The notes beneath the pieces were generated by a model. It ran no database searches, was not told where the DNA came from, and saw nothing but the letters and a program-made list of their open reading frames with translations. From Candidatus Heimdallarchaeota archaeon (GTDB taxonomy: Archaea > Asgardarchaeota > Heimdallarchaeia > JABLTI01), in assembly GCA_019056785.1 (NCBI GenBank), contig DXJV01000100.1, positions 4,993-68,992 on the forward strand: DNA of 64,000 nucleotides, written 5' to 3'. Shown here piece after piece: positions 56,273 through 64,000 of the stretch. Made by a program: the position numbers and the translations under genes. Positions within the stretch are counted from its first letter, which is position 1. Each line of letters opens with the position of its first letter.

Positions 56273-56635
56273 CTACTTCTTCCTTTTTATAAACACTTTT
56301 GCAGCTAGCCCTCTCCCTAATGCCAATTTCGAGCCTTTCACTGTTATCATGACCGGTCCGTATTGAATCTTATTAACCAATTTTATTTCAGTTCCCGGGA
56401 TGATCCCCAGTTCATTTAGCCGCTTGCATGCTCCCCTTCCGCCCTCAATTCGCAATACAATTCCTTTCTGCCCTGTTTTCAATGTGAGCAAGGATATGGC
56501 CTCTGCCTCTTCTCCGGGCATGTTCGGTATGGCACAATACCGTTCTCTTTTTTTAATTTTTAAATCTGCCATTTTCTTGCGCACCATTAAAGTCCAGTTA
56601 GAGTTAGGATTGCCGAACTTTATAAACTTTCGCAT
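56273..56635 (-). CDS. feoA: FeoA-domain protein
   Basis: GQKGIVLRIEGGRGACKRLNELGIIPGTEIKLV...GPVMITVKGSKLALGRGLAAKVFI. Confidence 0.65.
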   Translation of the reverse strand: MRKFIKFGNPNSNWTLMVRKKMADLKIKKRERYCAIPNMPGEEAEAISLLTLKTGQKGIVLRIEGGRGACKRLNELGIIPGTEIKLVNKIQYGPVMITVKGSKLALGRGLAAKVFIKRKK

Positions 56636-56659
56636 ATCCTATCTAAGAGTGAAAGAAAA

Positions 56660-57961
56660 TTATTTCTTAGTTTTTGCGTGTAAGAGCATTAACGTTCGCG
56701 CGGTGAGATCACTGATGATTTCATTATAGTTAGCAAAGGCTTCTAGTGGGGTATCATAATGGGAAAAATAGGAATGCACCTCGCCTGGGCCGGCATCTGC
56801 CTGGGAGATATAGTAGAGATGGTCGGAGGTGGTGAGCATCCGCCAAATTCGCAGGAGTGTCGGATTATTTAATTCCTTAATGGGGGCTTCGAGGAATTTC
56901 TGATCATCAAATGAGATGTGTTGTAATGGATTTTTAAGCCAGGCCCCCAGGTCACGATCGTCTGCCCAGCTGATTGTCGAAAAGTCGTCGATTGCTATCT
57001 TTCCTTTTGGCGAGTATTTTTCTGCCACTTCACCGGGCGTGAGGAACTCCAGATGTTCATACGTGAATACTTCACGAGGGAGATGTTTTAGGAACTCGAA
57101 AATCCCACTTTCAGCCCAGAGGTGTTCTCCCAGTGACTCATAGTCCATGAAAATATTGATGCAATCGCCAGGAGAGTTTGCCAACCAAGAGGCATATTTG
57201 TCTGCATAGAGAGGGTATTCTTCCCAGCGCCCGGAGCCAAATCGAAATGCAATATCATCACTTAGCTGGTAGTTTCGCAAGAGTACCTTGAGGTTAGGGG
57301 CTATTACACTTTCAAACACGTAGTTTGGTGATTGATTGTTGGCTGGCAGAATATGTTCTATTCCTTCTCCAAGTATCGTCTTAAACCCCAAGGCAGCCAC
57401 TTCCTTCATTATGGCATTATTTAAAATAAGTTCAGTATTTCGAAATGTTGTTGGTTTCCAGTGGAAGAGTTCTTGCATGATTTCGGAGTGTTGTTTCACC
57501 TGCTCGCGGAATTCCGTTTTGGTAGTGCCGTAAATTGCTGTTAAGGAATGATAATAGGTTTCCCCTAAAAATTCAACGCAACCGGTTTGTGCCAATTGTT
57601 TAAAGCTATCCACAACATCCGGTGCATAGCGCTCAGCTTGTTCCAGCATTGTCCCCGTTAGACTGAAAGCAATTTTTACTTGCCGAGCATCGTTCCTAAA
57701 TTCATCAATGGCTTTCAACCAGACATCATTTGCCGGGAGGTAACATTTCTTTGCCACCCGTTGGAAAACATCTTTATTAAGTTCTTCATTGAAATATAAT
57801 GCCTCGAGCTTCTCGATAGATTGCTCTTTGAAAAATCGGTCCCGACGGAAATTCTGGTTTAAACGATAGGGTTGATGAACCTGGAAATAGAACACAATCG
57901 ATGTCAAACGAATCACCAAGATAGTCACTTTTCCTCGGGATATTAAAGTTATCTTTTGCAT
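56660..57961 (-). CDS. glycoside hydrolase family 57 protein
   Basis: FYFQVHQPYRL N-terminal motif and the GH57-like remainder. The real start is probably downstream of the track start. Confidence 0.7.
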   Translation of the reverse strand: MQKITLISRGKVTILVIRLTSIVFYFQVHQPYRLNQNFRRDRFFKEQSIEKLEALYFNEELNKDVFQRVAKKCYLPANDVWLKAIDEFRNDARQVKIAFSLTGTMLEQAERYAPDVVDSFKQLAQTGCVEFLGETYYHSLTAIYGTTKTEFREQVKQHSEIMQELFHWKPTTFRNTELILNNAIMKEVAALGFKTILGEGIEHILPANNQSPNYVFESVIAPNLKVLLRNYQLSDDIAFRFGSGRWEEYPLYADKYASWLANSPGDCINIFMDYESLGEHLWAESGIFEFLKHLPREVFTYEHLEFLTPGEVAEKYSPKGKIAIDDFSTISWADDRDLGAWLKNPLQHISFDDQKFLEAPIKELNNPTLLRIWRMLTTSDHLYYISQADAGPGEVHSYFSHYDTPLEAFANYNEIISDLTARTLMLLHAKTKK

Positions 57962-58035
57962 GGGAGTGGGAAAGAAAGGAGAAAATGAAAAAAAAAGAGG
58001 GACATGTTGAAAAAAACCATTTGTCTGCTGTGGCT

Positions 58036-60309
58036 CTAAAGTGAAGAGGAAATAATACCAATAAGGACGACGAAATCTTTTATAGGTAATTCATCAGCTT
58101 TCTGCCCCTGAGAAATTTTTGAGTGTTGAGTCTTGCAAAAACTTGCAAAATTAAAGAGATCAGTCGCCAGTTGTTGCACCTCACCTTTCAGGGTATCAAG
58201 GACGGTTGCAAAATTCTTCGCAGACTTCTTGGCAAATTTCTCAGCCTGAGCATATAATTTCTGTGCTCGACTACGATCTCTAATTTGTGCATATTCCTGG
58301 GCTTTAATAATCGCTTGACAAGACTGGAAGAAGAGCATCGCAGCGGTAGTATGGATGTGCTTCTTATTAATATATTCCCAATCGACAATGTCCTCTGAGA
58401 GGACTTGGTATTTGTTTTTATGGTCTAAAATTGCTTTATAATGGGACGCCAATCGCTGCCAGATGGTAATAAGAGAGTCGAAGAGAGCGCCATGGCTTTC
58501 AATAATCAGAGAGGAGATTTCAGCGGGAATCTGCTTGAGGTCCAGAGAAGAAAGAACATCGGGTAAGCTCCGGAGTAAATAGCGCGCAAAGAAGTATTGA
58601 TTCCCTGTATGAAGAATGTTTGCCTCTTTAAGATGGCTTTGGATGAACGTTTTGCTGAATTCTTCTTTTACAAAGAATTTCAGCTCATCCAACACCTTTC
58701 CTGTAGGGAGATTCTCATAAGCCTCTTTTGCACTTAAGAAGCTCTTCACAAGTAAGCAGAGACCTTTTGTAGCGTTTTTCTCCCGCAAGCCTTTTAACCG
58801 GGTGGCTTCGCATGTGATGATATTCAATAATACCCTGCTCTTAGAGATAAGCATTGTACGGTCATCAATGAAAGGAGGCATAAGTAAAATGGACATCAAA
58901 ATATCCTGGATCTTTTCAGTTTCTGTCTCACAAAAAGCATTTTTAATTGTAAGGTCCTGTTCATCGTCTTGCCAGGGCAAATTAAGGAACGCACGAGCAA
59001 TGTTATCCACCCGTCCTTTGAAGATGACCCCAAGGCGCCGGAACCCTTTTTGAATTTCTTTACGAATCCGCTCGGCAGTTAATTTCTCATGTTTGCTTAA
59101 GGTAGTAAGGTTCTCAAGGATAAAGCCCACGGTGTTCAAAAACTCGGATTGATTATAAAATTCGATGTTAGTAAGGGGCGCTTCAGAAAGACTGGTAAGA
59201 CTTTTGATCTTCGCCCGCAGCTCTTTCTGGGGGAGGTCAGTGGAAGACAATTCAAGAATTGAGCAGGTAAGAGCGACCAGAGTGGAAAAAATCTCGGTAA
59301 AGTCAATATTAGTTCGAATTTCTTCTACCAGAGCTTGGGAGGAGCTGGATTCCAGAGGAACCTCATTTAATTCTGCAAGGCTTTCATTAAAAGCTTTATT
59401 GGCCTGATTAAATAGCTTATAAGCCCTTTGATGATTGTTGTGTAAGAGAGCATTGATTGCCAGCTCCAGAAAATGGGAGCCTGTGGCGAGTTTTGCCTGC
59501 CCACGGCAAAGAGCAATTTCAAAATCGATAGTCAGGAAGAGGCTTGGGTCGACGGGGTTTTTTTCCAGAGCAGCTTTTGCCTCGGTGAAAAGTTTATCGG
59601 CTTTATTATAAATATAAAATTTGAGGAGGTTGTCATTCCACCAAAAGTCATCTTTGGCAATATCAAGCACACGCGAATAATAAATCATATAGAGTGTCCC
59701 TTTATAGCGCAAGTTCTTGATCTTTCGCTCGAGCAACAACTCTTTGTGCTTTTCTTTTTTAGGTTTTTGGAATGATTGAAGACTACTATAAATATTCGAC
59801 TCGAAATTCATCTTACCAATTGTAGTCATTATTTTAAGGAATTCCTCGTCAAAATGCAGTTCTTTTCCCAGGCTGAACAGGATGATTTCAGACAAGTCGT
59901 GCACTTGTGCAGAATACTCATCAATGACAGAGAGGTCCTTTGGTTCCTTAACAAGGCCTTCCAGAATGGTCTCATAATATAATAAAGAGAGAATGCGTGC
60001 AAAAAATTCTTGTAAGATAGATTGATCCCGGGAATGGACCACAACTTCAAACGCCTTTGGATTGTTTTTCAGTGCCTTGATGTTTTCACTCAAAGTCTCT
60101 TGATATTCATAACGTTCCAAACGAGAAGTAGTAGCAATCTGATTTAACGAAGCAGCACACTCCTTAGCAAAGGGTGGCCAAATTTTACAATAATCATCAA
60201 TCGTATCATAATCTGCACGGGAAAAAATCTCCTGTCGTAACGCATCATAATTGACCAGCCGATCAAACAATTGTTCTTTTAGAACATCAAAGAGCTCCAC
60301 TTTTGACAT
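58036..60309 (-). CDS. large all-alpha hypothetical protein (757 aa)
   Basis: Long uninterrupted ORF with helical-repeat-like composition; no catalytic motif recognised. Confidence 0.55.
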   Translation of the reverse strand: MSKVELFDVLKEQLFDRLVNYDALRQEIFSRADYDTIDDYCKIWPPFAKECAASLNQIATTSRLERYEYQETLSENIKALKNNPKAFEVVVHSRDQSILQEFFARILSLLYYETILEGLVKEPKDLSVIDEYSAQVHDLSEIILFSLGKELHFDEEFLKIMTTIGKMNFESNIYSSLQSFQKPKKEKHKELLLERKIKNLRYKGTLYMIYYSRVLDIAKDDFWWNDNLLKFYIYNKADKLFTEAKAALEKNPVDPSLFLTIDFEIALCRGQAKLATGSHFLELAINALLHNNHQRAYKLFNQANKAFNESLAELNEVPLESSSSQALVEEIRTNIDFTEIFSTLVALTCSILELSSTDLPQKELRAKIKSLTSLSEAPLTNIEFYNQSEFLNTVGFILENLTTLSKHEKLTAERIRKEIQKGFRRLGVIFKGRVDNIARAFLNLPWQDDEQDLTIKNAFCETETEKIQDILMSILLMPPFIDDRTMLISKSRVLLNIITCEATRLKGLREKNATKGLCLLVKSFLSAKEAYENLPTGKVLDELKFFVKEEFSKTFIQSHLKEANILHTGNQYFFARYLLRSLPDVLSSLDLKQIPAEISSLIIESHGALFDSLITIWQRLASHYKAILDHKNKYQVLSEDIVDWEYINKKHIHTTAAMLFFQSCQAIIKAQEYAQIRDRSRAQKLYAQAEKFAKKSAKNFATVLDTLKGEVQQLATDLFNFASFCKTQHSKISQGQKADELPIKDFVVLIGIISSSL

Positions 60310-60454
60310 GGTTATTACGCACCCATCGCACTAAACCCTATCTTCCAAAGGAAGGATACCAAATGGATAACTGATGCTTTATCCTTAAACTCTTAATGCT
60401 TTCCTTACATTAAACTGTTTTTCAATCGGCAAAGAAAAAAAGAGTGGAGGACGA

Positions 60455-61351
60455 TTATTTGGCCCCAAAATCGGCAATAAACGCCACGCCATGAGGTCCC
60501 GTATGGGCAGAAATGGATGTTCTGCTGAGAACTTTGCGAAGGTCTAAGGGAGGGAGAATCTCATTGATCAGTTGCTCGAGCTCCGTTGCGAGCGGTTCGT
60601 TGCCGGTATGCACAATACAAGCTTTGCGTGGAAAGAGTTTGAGATTGTTCGTGGCATCATTGATCAGAGCAAACAACCCCTTCCGAGTATCCCTTACTGT
60701 TCCATAAGGCTCATTTCGCCCTTCAGCATTAACTTTGACCAAAGCCATTTTCTTTAAGAATTTCCCGAGAAGGTACTTAGCAATACTAATCCGTCCGCCC
60801 AGATGGAGATATTTTAAAGATTGGAGAAACAGGCGCGTTTGGACCCTGCTTACATACTCCTGTAAACGCGTGGCAATTTCGTTTGCCGGGAGACCCTGCT
60901 TTGCCAAATCGATTCCTTCTTCCAGGATGAAAACTTCAGAGTACGAGGCGTTTAGAGAATCGACAAGATAAACGGGAACATCTGGATGGGAGGATTTGAT
61001 GAAATTCGCTGCCAACCGAGCGCTGTTATAGGTGCCGCTCAATTGTGAACTTATCGTGACGACAACAATTGCGTTCTTTCCTTCTGCAATCAATGCCTCA
61101 TAGGCTTTCACAAATTGTTGGGGAGACGGTTGCGCCGTTTTTGGGATAAACTTACGGTCTGAAACAAAGCGAGCATAATAGGCTTCGAGGTCAAATTGCT
61201 CGTCCTCCTTAAATGTCCGGTCATCAAAGGTGATATTAAGCGAAACAACTTGCACGCCCAATTCTTTCGCATACTCCCATGGAATATCGGATGCGCTATC
61301 AATTACAAAACCAATCGTCATAACAATGTCTTCCTCAAAAAAGAAAAACAC
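60455..61351 (-). CDS. DegV family fatty-acid-binding protein
   Basis: IGFVIDSASDIP N-terminus, ~280 aa. The true start is likely MTIGF. Confidence 0.8.
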   Translation of the reverse strand: MFFFFEEDIVMTIGFVIDSASDIPWEYAKELGVQVVSLNITFDDRTFKEDEQFDLEAYYARFVSDRKFIPKTAQPSPQQFVKAYEALIAEGKNAIVVVTISSQLSGTYNSARLAANFIKSSHPDVPVYLVDSLNASYSEVFILEEGIDLAKQGLPANEIATRLQEYVSRVQTRLFLQSLKYLHLGGRISIAKYLLGKFLKKMALVKVNAEGRNEPYGTVRDTRKGLFALINDATNNLKLFPRKACIVHTGNEPLATELEQLINEILPPLDLRKVLSRTSISAHTGPHGVAFIADFGAK

Positions 61352-61383
61352 GTGCAGTAATAAAGGTTTTTTGGAGGAGAAGA

Positions 61384-61578
61384 CTAGCGATTTGCTTGGA
61401 CGATTTTTCGCTCAGAGACAACCAAAACTTCACCACAGACGGAGCACCTGAATAGAACTCGAGGATGGACGTACTTGCCAACCTTTAATGACACAAGTTT
61501 CCCGCAATAGGGACAGAACCGCAGTTTTTGCAGCTCTTCAGCAACTATTCGTTGATATTCAAGGGACAGACTCTTCAC
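61384..61578 (-). CDS. small zinc-ribbon protein
   Basis: CPYCG...CSVCG, two CxxC pairs; 64 aa. Confidence 0.45.
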   Translation of the reverse strand: MKSLSLEYQRIVAEELQKLRFCPYCGKLVSLKVGKYVHPRVLFRCSVCGEVLVVSERKIVQANR

Positions 61579-61736
61579 CCTTCAGGAGTATGAAAGAACT
61601 ACCTACAAACACCTTAAGTATAGAATAAAAAAAGCAACTCGAGGGTGGGGGAGAGACAAGAAAGTATTCAGAGTGAAAAGAAATGGAGCAAAGAATAAAA
61701 AATCAATAGAGAACAGAAACAGAAGGGGAGAAAGAA

Positions 61737-61813
61737 TGGCAGGCGTGAGGGGATTTGAACCCCTGGCCACTTAGTTAAAAGCCAAGTGCTCTACCTAGCT
61801 GAGCTACACGCCT
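61737..61813 (-). tRNA. tRNA-Lys(UUU), no intron, CCA encoded
   Basis: Reverse complement: AGGCGTG-TA-GCTC-AGCTAGGTA-GAGC-A-CTTGG-CTTTTAA-CTAAG-TGGCC-AGGGG-TTCAAAT-CCCCT-CACGCCT-G-CCA. Confidence 0.9.
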
Positions 61814-61967
61814 TTGTTTTTATTGGCTCTTTTTTGCTTGCTTTTCCTTTTTAAATTTGCTGTTTTGTTTATTTTCTCGCCACCGTTTAAAAGGCCTCTA
61901 CAGAATTTTTTTTAATTTAAAAAAGAATGAAGATACACGGTTCAAATGAGGAGTTGAATAAAAAAAA

Positions 61968-63677
61968 ATGAATGAAGCTGAAGAACGAGAAATAATGTTA
62001 TTGTTAACACAATTGAAGGAAGCAGAAAATATCGACATCCGTGCCGGTGCAGCTGAACAACTGGGACGAAAAACGCTTTTACTCGACAAGATCGTGCCTG
62101 CTTTGAAGGAGGCTTTGAATGATGAAAATTGGCTCGTACGGGTAAAGGTTGCTCAAGCGCTTGGTATGCTCGGGAAAGTTGCCCTTCCAGCCTTAGAAGC
62201 CCTGCGAGAGGCGATGAAAGAACCACGGAATAAAGCAAAACGCGGAGCATTTTATGAAGTTGTTCAAAAACTTGAGAACTTACAGATAACATTAGAAGAA
62301 GTTGGTGAAGTAGAACAACAACCAAGTACAGTAGTTAAAGAGGAAGCAGCACCCAGCCAGCCAATTAAACCCGCCGAGGAAGAAAAAGGCGAAGAGGAAG
62401 AAAAGGCACAGGAACAAAAAGAGGAACTGGAAAAACCGGAACCGACGCCAGCAGAGGTTGAAAAAGTAGCCGAAGAAAAAGTGTCGCCACCATCTGAAGT
62501 AACAGCACCGGTACAGGAGAAGCCGCCTGAGGAGCCACCAACAGAAGAAACTGCAAAAGAAGAAGAAGCCGAGCCGGCAAAAAGCGAGGACGAAGCAGAG
62601 GTGATTGAAGAGGCAGTAGAAGATGCTGTCGAAGATGCAATAGAAGATGCCATTGAGGAAGTAACTGACCAACCTGTTGAAGAAGATGTTGTTGAGAAGG
62701 TAGCGGAAGAAATCGCAGAGGAAGTAGTGGAGATCCAGGAACCGTCTGTGGAAGAGCAACAACCAGAACAACTTGAACCAGAAGAAAAAGGCGAAGAGGA
62801 AGAGAAACAAGCGCCTCCAAAAGAAGCAGAGAAAAAAGAGGAGGAGAAAACAACAATTGAAAAGGAACAACCGGAAATAGAACCAACTGAAACCAAAGAA
62901 GGAGCCACTACACCGACAGAAACAGCAAAAACAACAACAACAATTCAAGAGGAAATGATAAGCGAAAAACAGCCGGTTATTAAGACAGTTGAAGAAAAAG
63001 CACTCGAGGAGATAAAGGAACCAGTGCCATTGGATGAAGTGCTGGAGTTCGAAGATGAGACGAAAACAGACGACGAGAAAAAAAAAACGATTTTGACTCT
63101 TCCGGAGGAACTGCCTGAACAAGAACTACCTGCAAAGAAATACGAACAAATTATTGTGAAAGTTATTCTTCTTGGCGATAAAGCGGTTGGAAAGAGCAGC
63201 TTACGAACAAAGTACTGTGACAAACAACGCAAGGACGAATTTCGAGAAACTCTCGGAGCAGATTTTGTATCCAAACACCTCGAGAAGGAAGGGAAACACT
63301 ATGCAATTCAGGTATGGGACCTCGCCCCTGGGCGAAAAATCGACGACCTCCGAGAAACATTTTACAAAGGAACAAAGGGGGCAGTTCTTGTCTTTGATGT
63401 TACCGACCGGGCCACCTTAACAAACTGTAAGAACTGGCTGAAGGAGGTAAAAGAGCAAGAGCCAGAAAGCAGCTTCATTCTTGTTGGAAATAAAATAGAC
63501 AAACGTATTGCTGGTGAAGAGGGGCAAGTAACAACTGAGGAAGGCAATGCATTTGCACAAGAACTCTCGCTCGAAGCGGGGAGAACCGTCCCTTATGTGG
63601 AAGTTTCGGCAAGTACAGGAGAACAAGTCGAACACGCTTTTGAGCTGCTTCTAAGCCAGATACTTGAGACAAATTAA
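61968..63677 (+). CDS. HEAT-repeat N-terminus, ~300-aa acidic disordered linker, C-terminal Rab/Ras-like small GTPase
   Basis: DIRAGAAEQLGR...NDENWLVRVKVAQALGMLG (PBS-lyase HEAT-like repeats); Glu/Pro/Lys-rich middle; GTPase KVILLGDKAVGKSSL (G1), VWDLAPG (G3 variant), VGNKIDK (G4), EVSAS (G5). Confidence 0.7.
   Translation: MNEAEEREIMLLLTQLKEAENIDIRAGAAEQLGRKTLLLDKIVPALKEALNDENWLVRVKVAQALGMLGKVALPALEALREAMKEPRNKAKRGAFYEVVQKLENLQITLEEVGEVEQQPSTVVKEEAAPSQPIKPAEEEKGEEEEKAQEQKEELEKPEPTPAEVEKVAEEKVSPPSEVTAPVQEKPPEEPPTEETAKEEEAEPAKSEDEAEVIEEAVEDAVEDAIEDAIEEVTDQPVEEDVVEKVAEEIAEEVVEIQEPSVEEQQPEQLEPEEKGEEEEKQAPPKEAEKKEEEKTTIEKEQPEIEPTETKEGATTPTETAKTTTTIQEEMISEKQPVIKTVEEKALEEIKEPVPLDEVLEFEDETKTDDEKKKTILTLPEELPEQELPAKKYEQIIVKVILLGDKAVGKSSLRTKYCDKQRKDEFRETLGADFVSKHLEKEGKHYAIQVWDLAPGRKIDDLRETFYKGTKGAVLVFDVTDRATLTNCKNWLKEVKEQEPESSFILVGNKIDKRIAGEEGQVTTEEGNAFAQELSLEAGRTVPYVEVSASTGEQVEHAFELLLSQILETN
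62330..63060 (+). repeat. GAA/GAG-rich low-complexity coding tract
   Basis: Encodes EEKGEEEEK, EDAVEDAIEDAIEE and similar. It generates long spurious ORFs in other frames and on the opposite strand. Confidence 0.8.
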
Positions 63678-63781
63678 AACTCCTGTTTCCTTTTTTCTTT
63701 TTTTGGGTCGTCCCCCTTTTTTCCCCCTCGAGGTGCACTTTCACCAACTCACTCACAATTTGAGACTTCGTAAAGAGTCCC

Positions 63782-64000
63782 TTACATGTGAATCGTCTTT
63801 TTATAAGGAGAAACTTTACTAGGAATTAAGCAAAAACATCGGAGGAGGAAAAAATGATAGCGAAAAGAGAAAAACCACCACCAAAGAAAATACTTCGCAA
63901 AGAGCAAGAAAAGATCCGATTCAACTTTGTGCTCCACTAAGGTATGAACTAAACGGTCAGAAAGAACCACCGAGAAAATAAGAAGTGACCAGCCAATAAG
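63782..64000 (-). CDS. possible 3' end of a membrane-protein gene entering from beyond the window
   Basis: The minus-strand frame is open from nt 64000 to the stop at 63782 and has hydrophobic/aromatic-rich composition. Weak. Confidence 0.2.
   Translation of the reverse strand, partial: LIGWSLLIFSVVLSDRLVHTLVEHKVESDLFLLFAKYFLWWWFFSFRYHFFLLRCFCLIPSKVSPYKKTIHM

Noticed and set aside
62264-63122. Long ORFs (214, 276 and 173 aa) on the minus strand opposite the HEAT-GTPase gene.
   Set aside because: They lie entirely within the GAA/GAG-rich low-complexity tract and translate to Ser/Phe/Leu/Cys-rich nonsense. They are frame artefacts of the purine-rich coding strand.
1-64000. CRISPR arrays, rRNA genes, integrases, transposases and IS terminal repeats.
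   Set aside because: I saw no regularly spaced direct repeats, no rRNA-like GC-rich blocks, and no tyrosine/serine recombinase or DDE motifs in any ORF, including both islands.

Overview
This is a gene-dense archaeal chromosomal segment with about 60 CDS on both strands and tight or overlapping gene junctions. The archaeal assignment rests on endonuclease Q, a Y-family Dpo4/DinB polymerase, an Lhr helicase, methenyl-H4MPT cyclohydrolase, a methanogen-type SerRS, QueC/QueE, a Trm5/Taw2-type methyltransferase, and intron-containing tRNAs with BHB-style introns. Several proteins belong to the eukaryote-like small-GTPase world: a Rag/Gtr-like GTPase-roadblock fusion, a multi-roadblock/longin-like protein, a P-loop-less Ras-like pseudo-GTPase, and a HEAT-acidic linker-Rab-like GTPase. 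From these I infer, without proof, an Asgard-group archaeon. There are three tRNA genes: Ala-UGC with two introns, Arg-GCG with one intron, and Lys-UUU. I saw no rRNA, CRISPR array, integrase or transposase. Four things stand out. (1) The palindrome CTCGAG occurs about 50 times by eye, against an order of 10 expected from composition. It appears in all codon phases and in intergenic DNA, but not in the two AT-rich islands. (2) An AT-rich island of about 2.5 kb sits in the 3' end of fixX, flanked by a diverged 87-nt duplication of the fixX 3' end. It carries decayed defence-type genes: an hsdS remnant and a frameshifted PD-(D/E)xK-like gene. (3) A second AT-rich island of about 3.2 kb abuts tRNA-Arg. 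It is bracketed by the 5' and 3' pieces of another tRNA gene. It encodes a small AbrB-like regulator divergent from a 577-aa protein with two nuclease-like modules, which is a candidate uncharacterised defence module. (4) An RNase III-like protein carries two dsRBD-like modules. All functional calls come from motif recognition by eye. No database searches were run.
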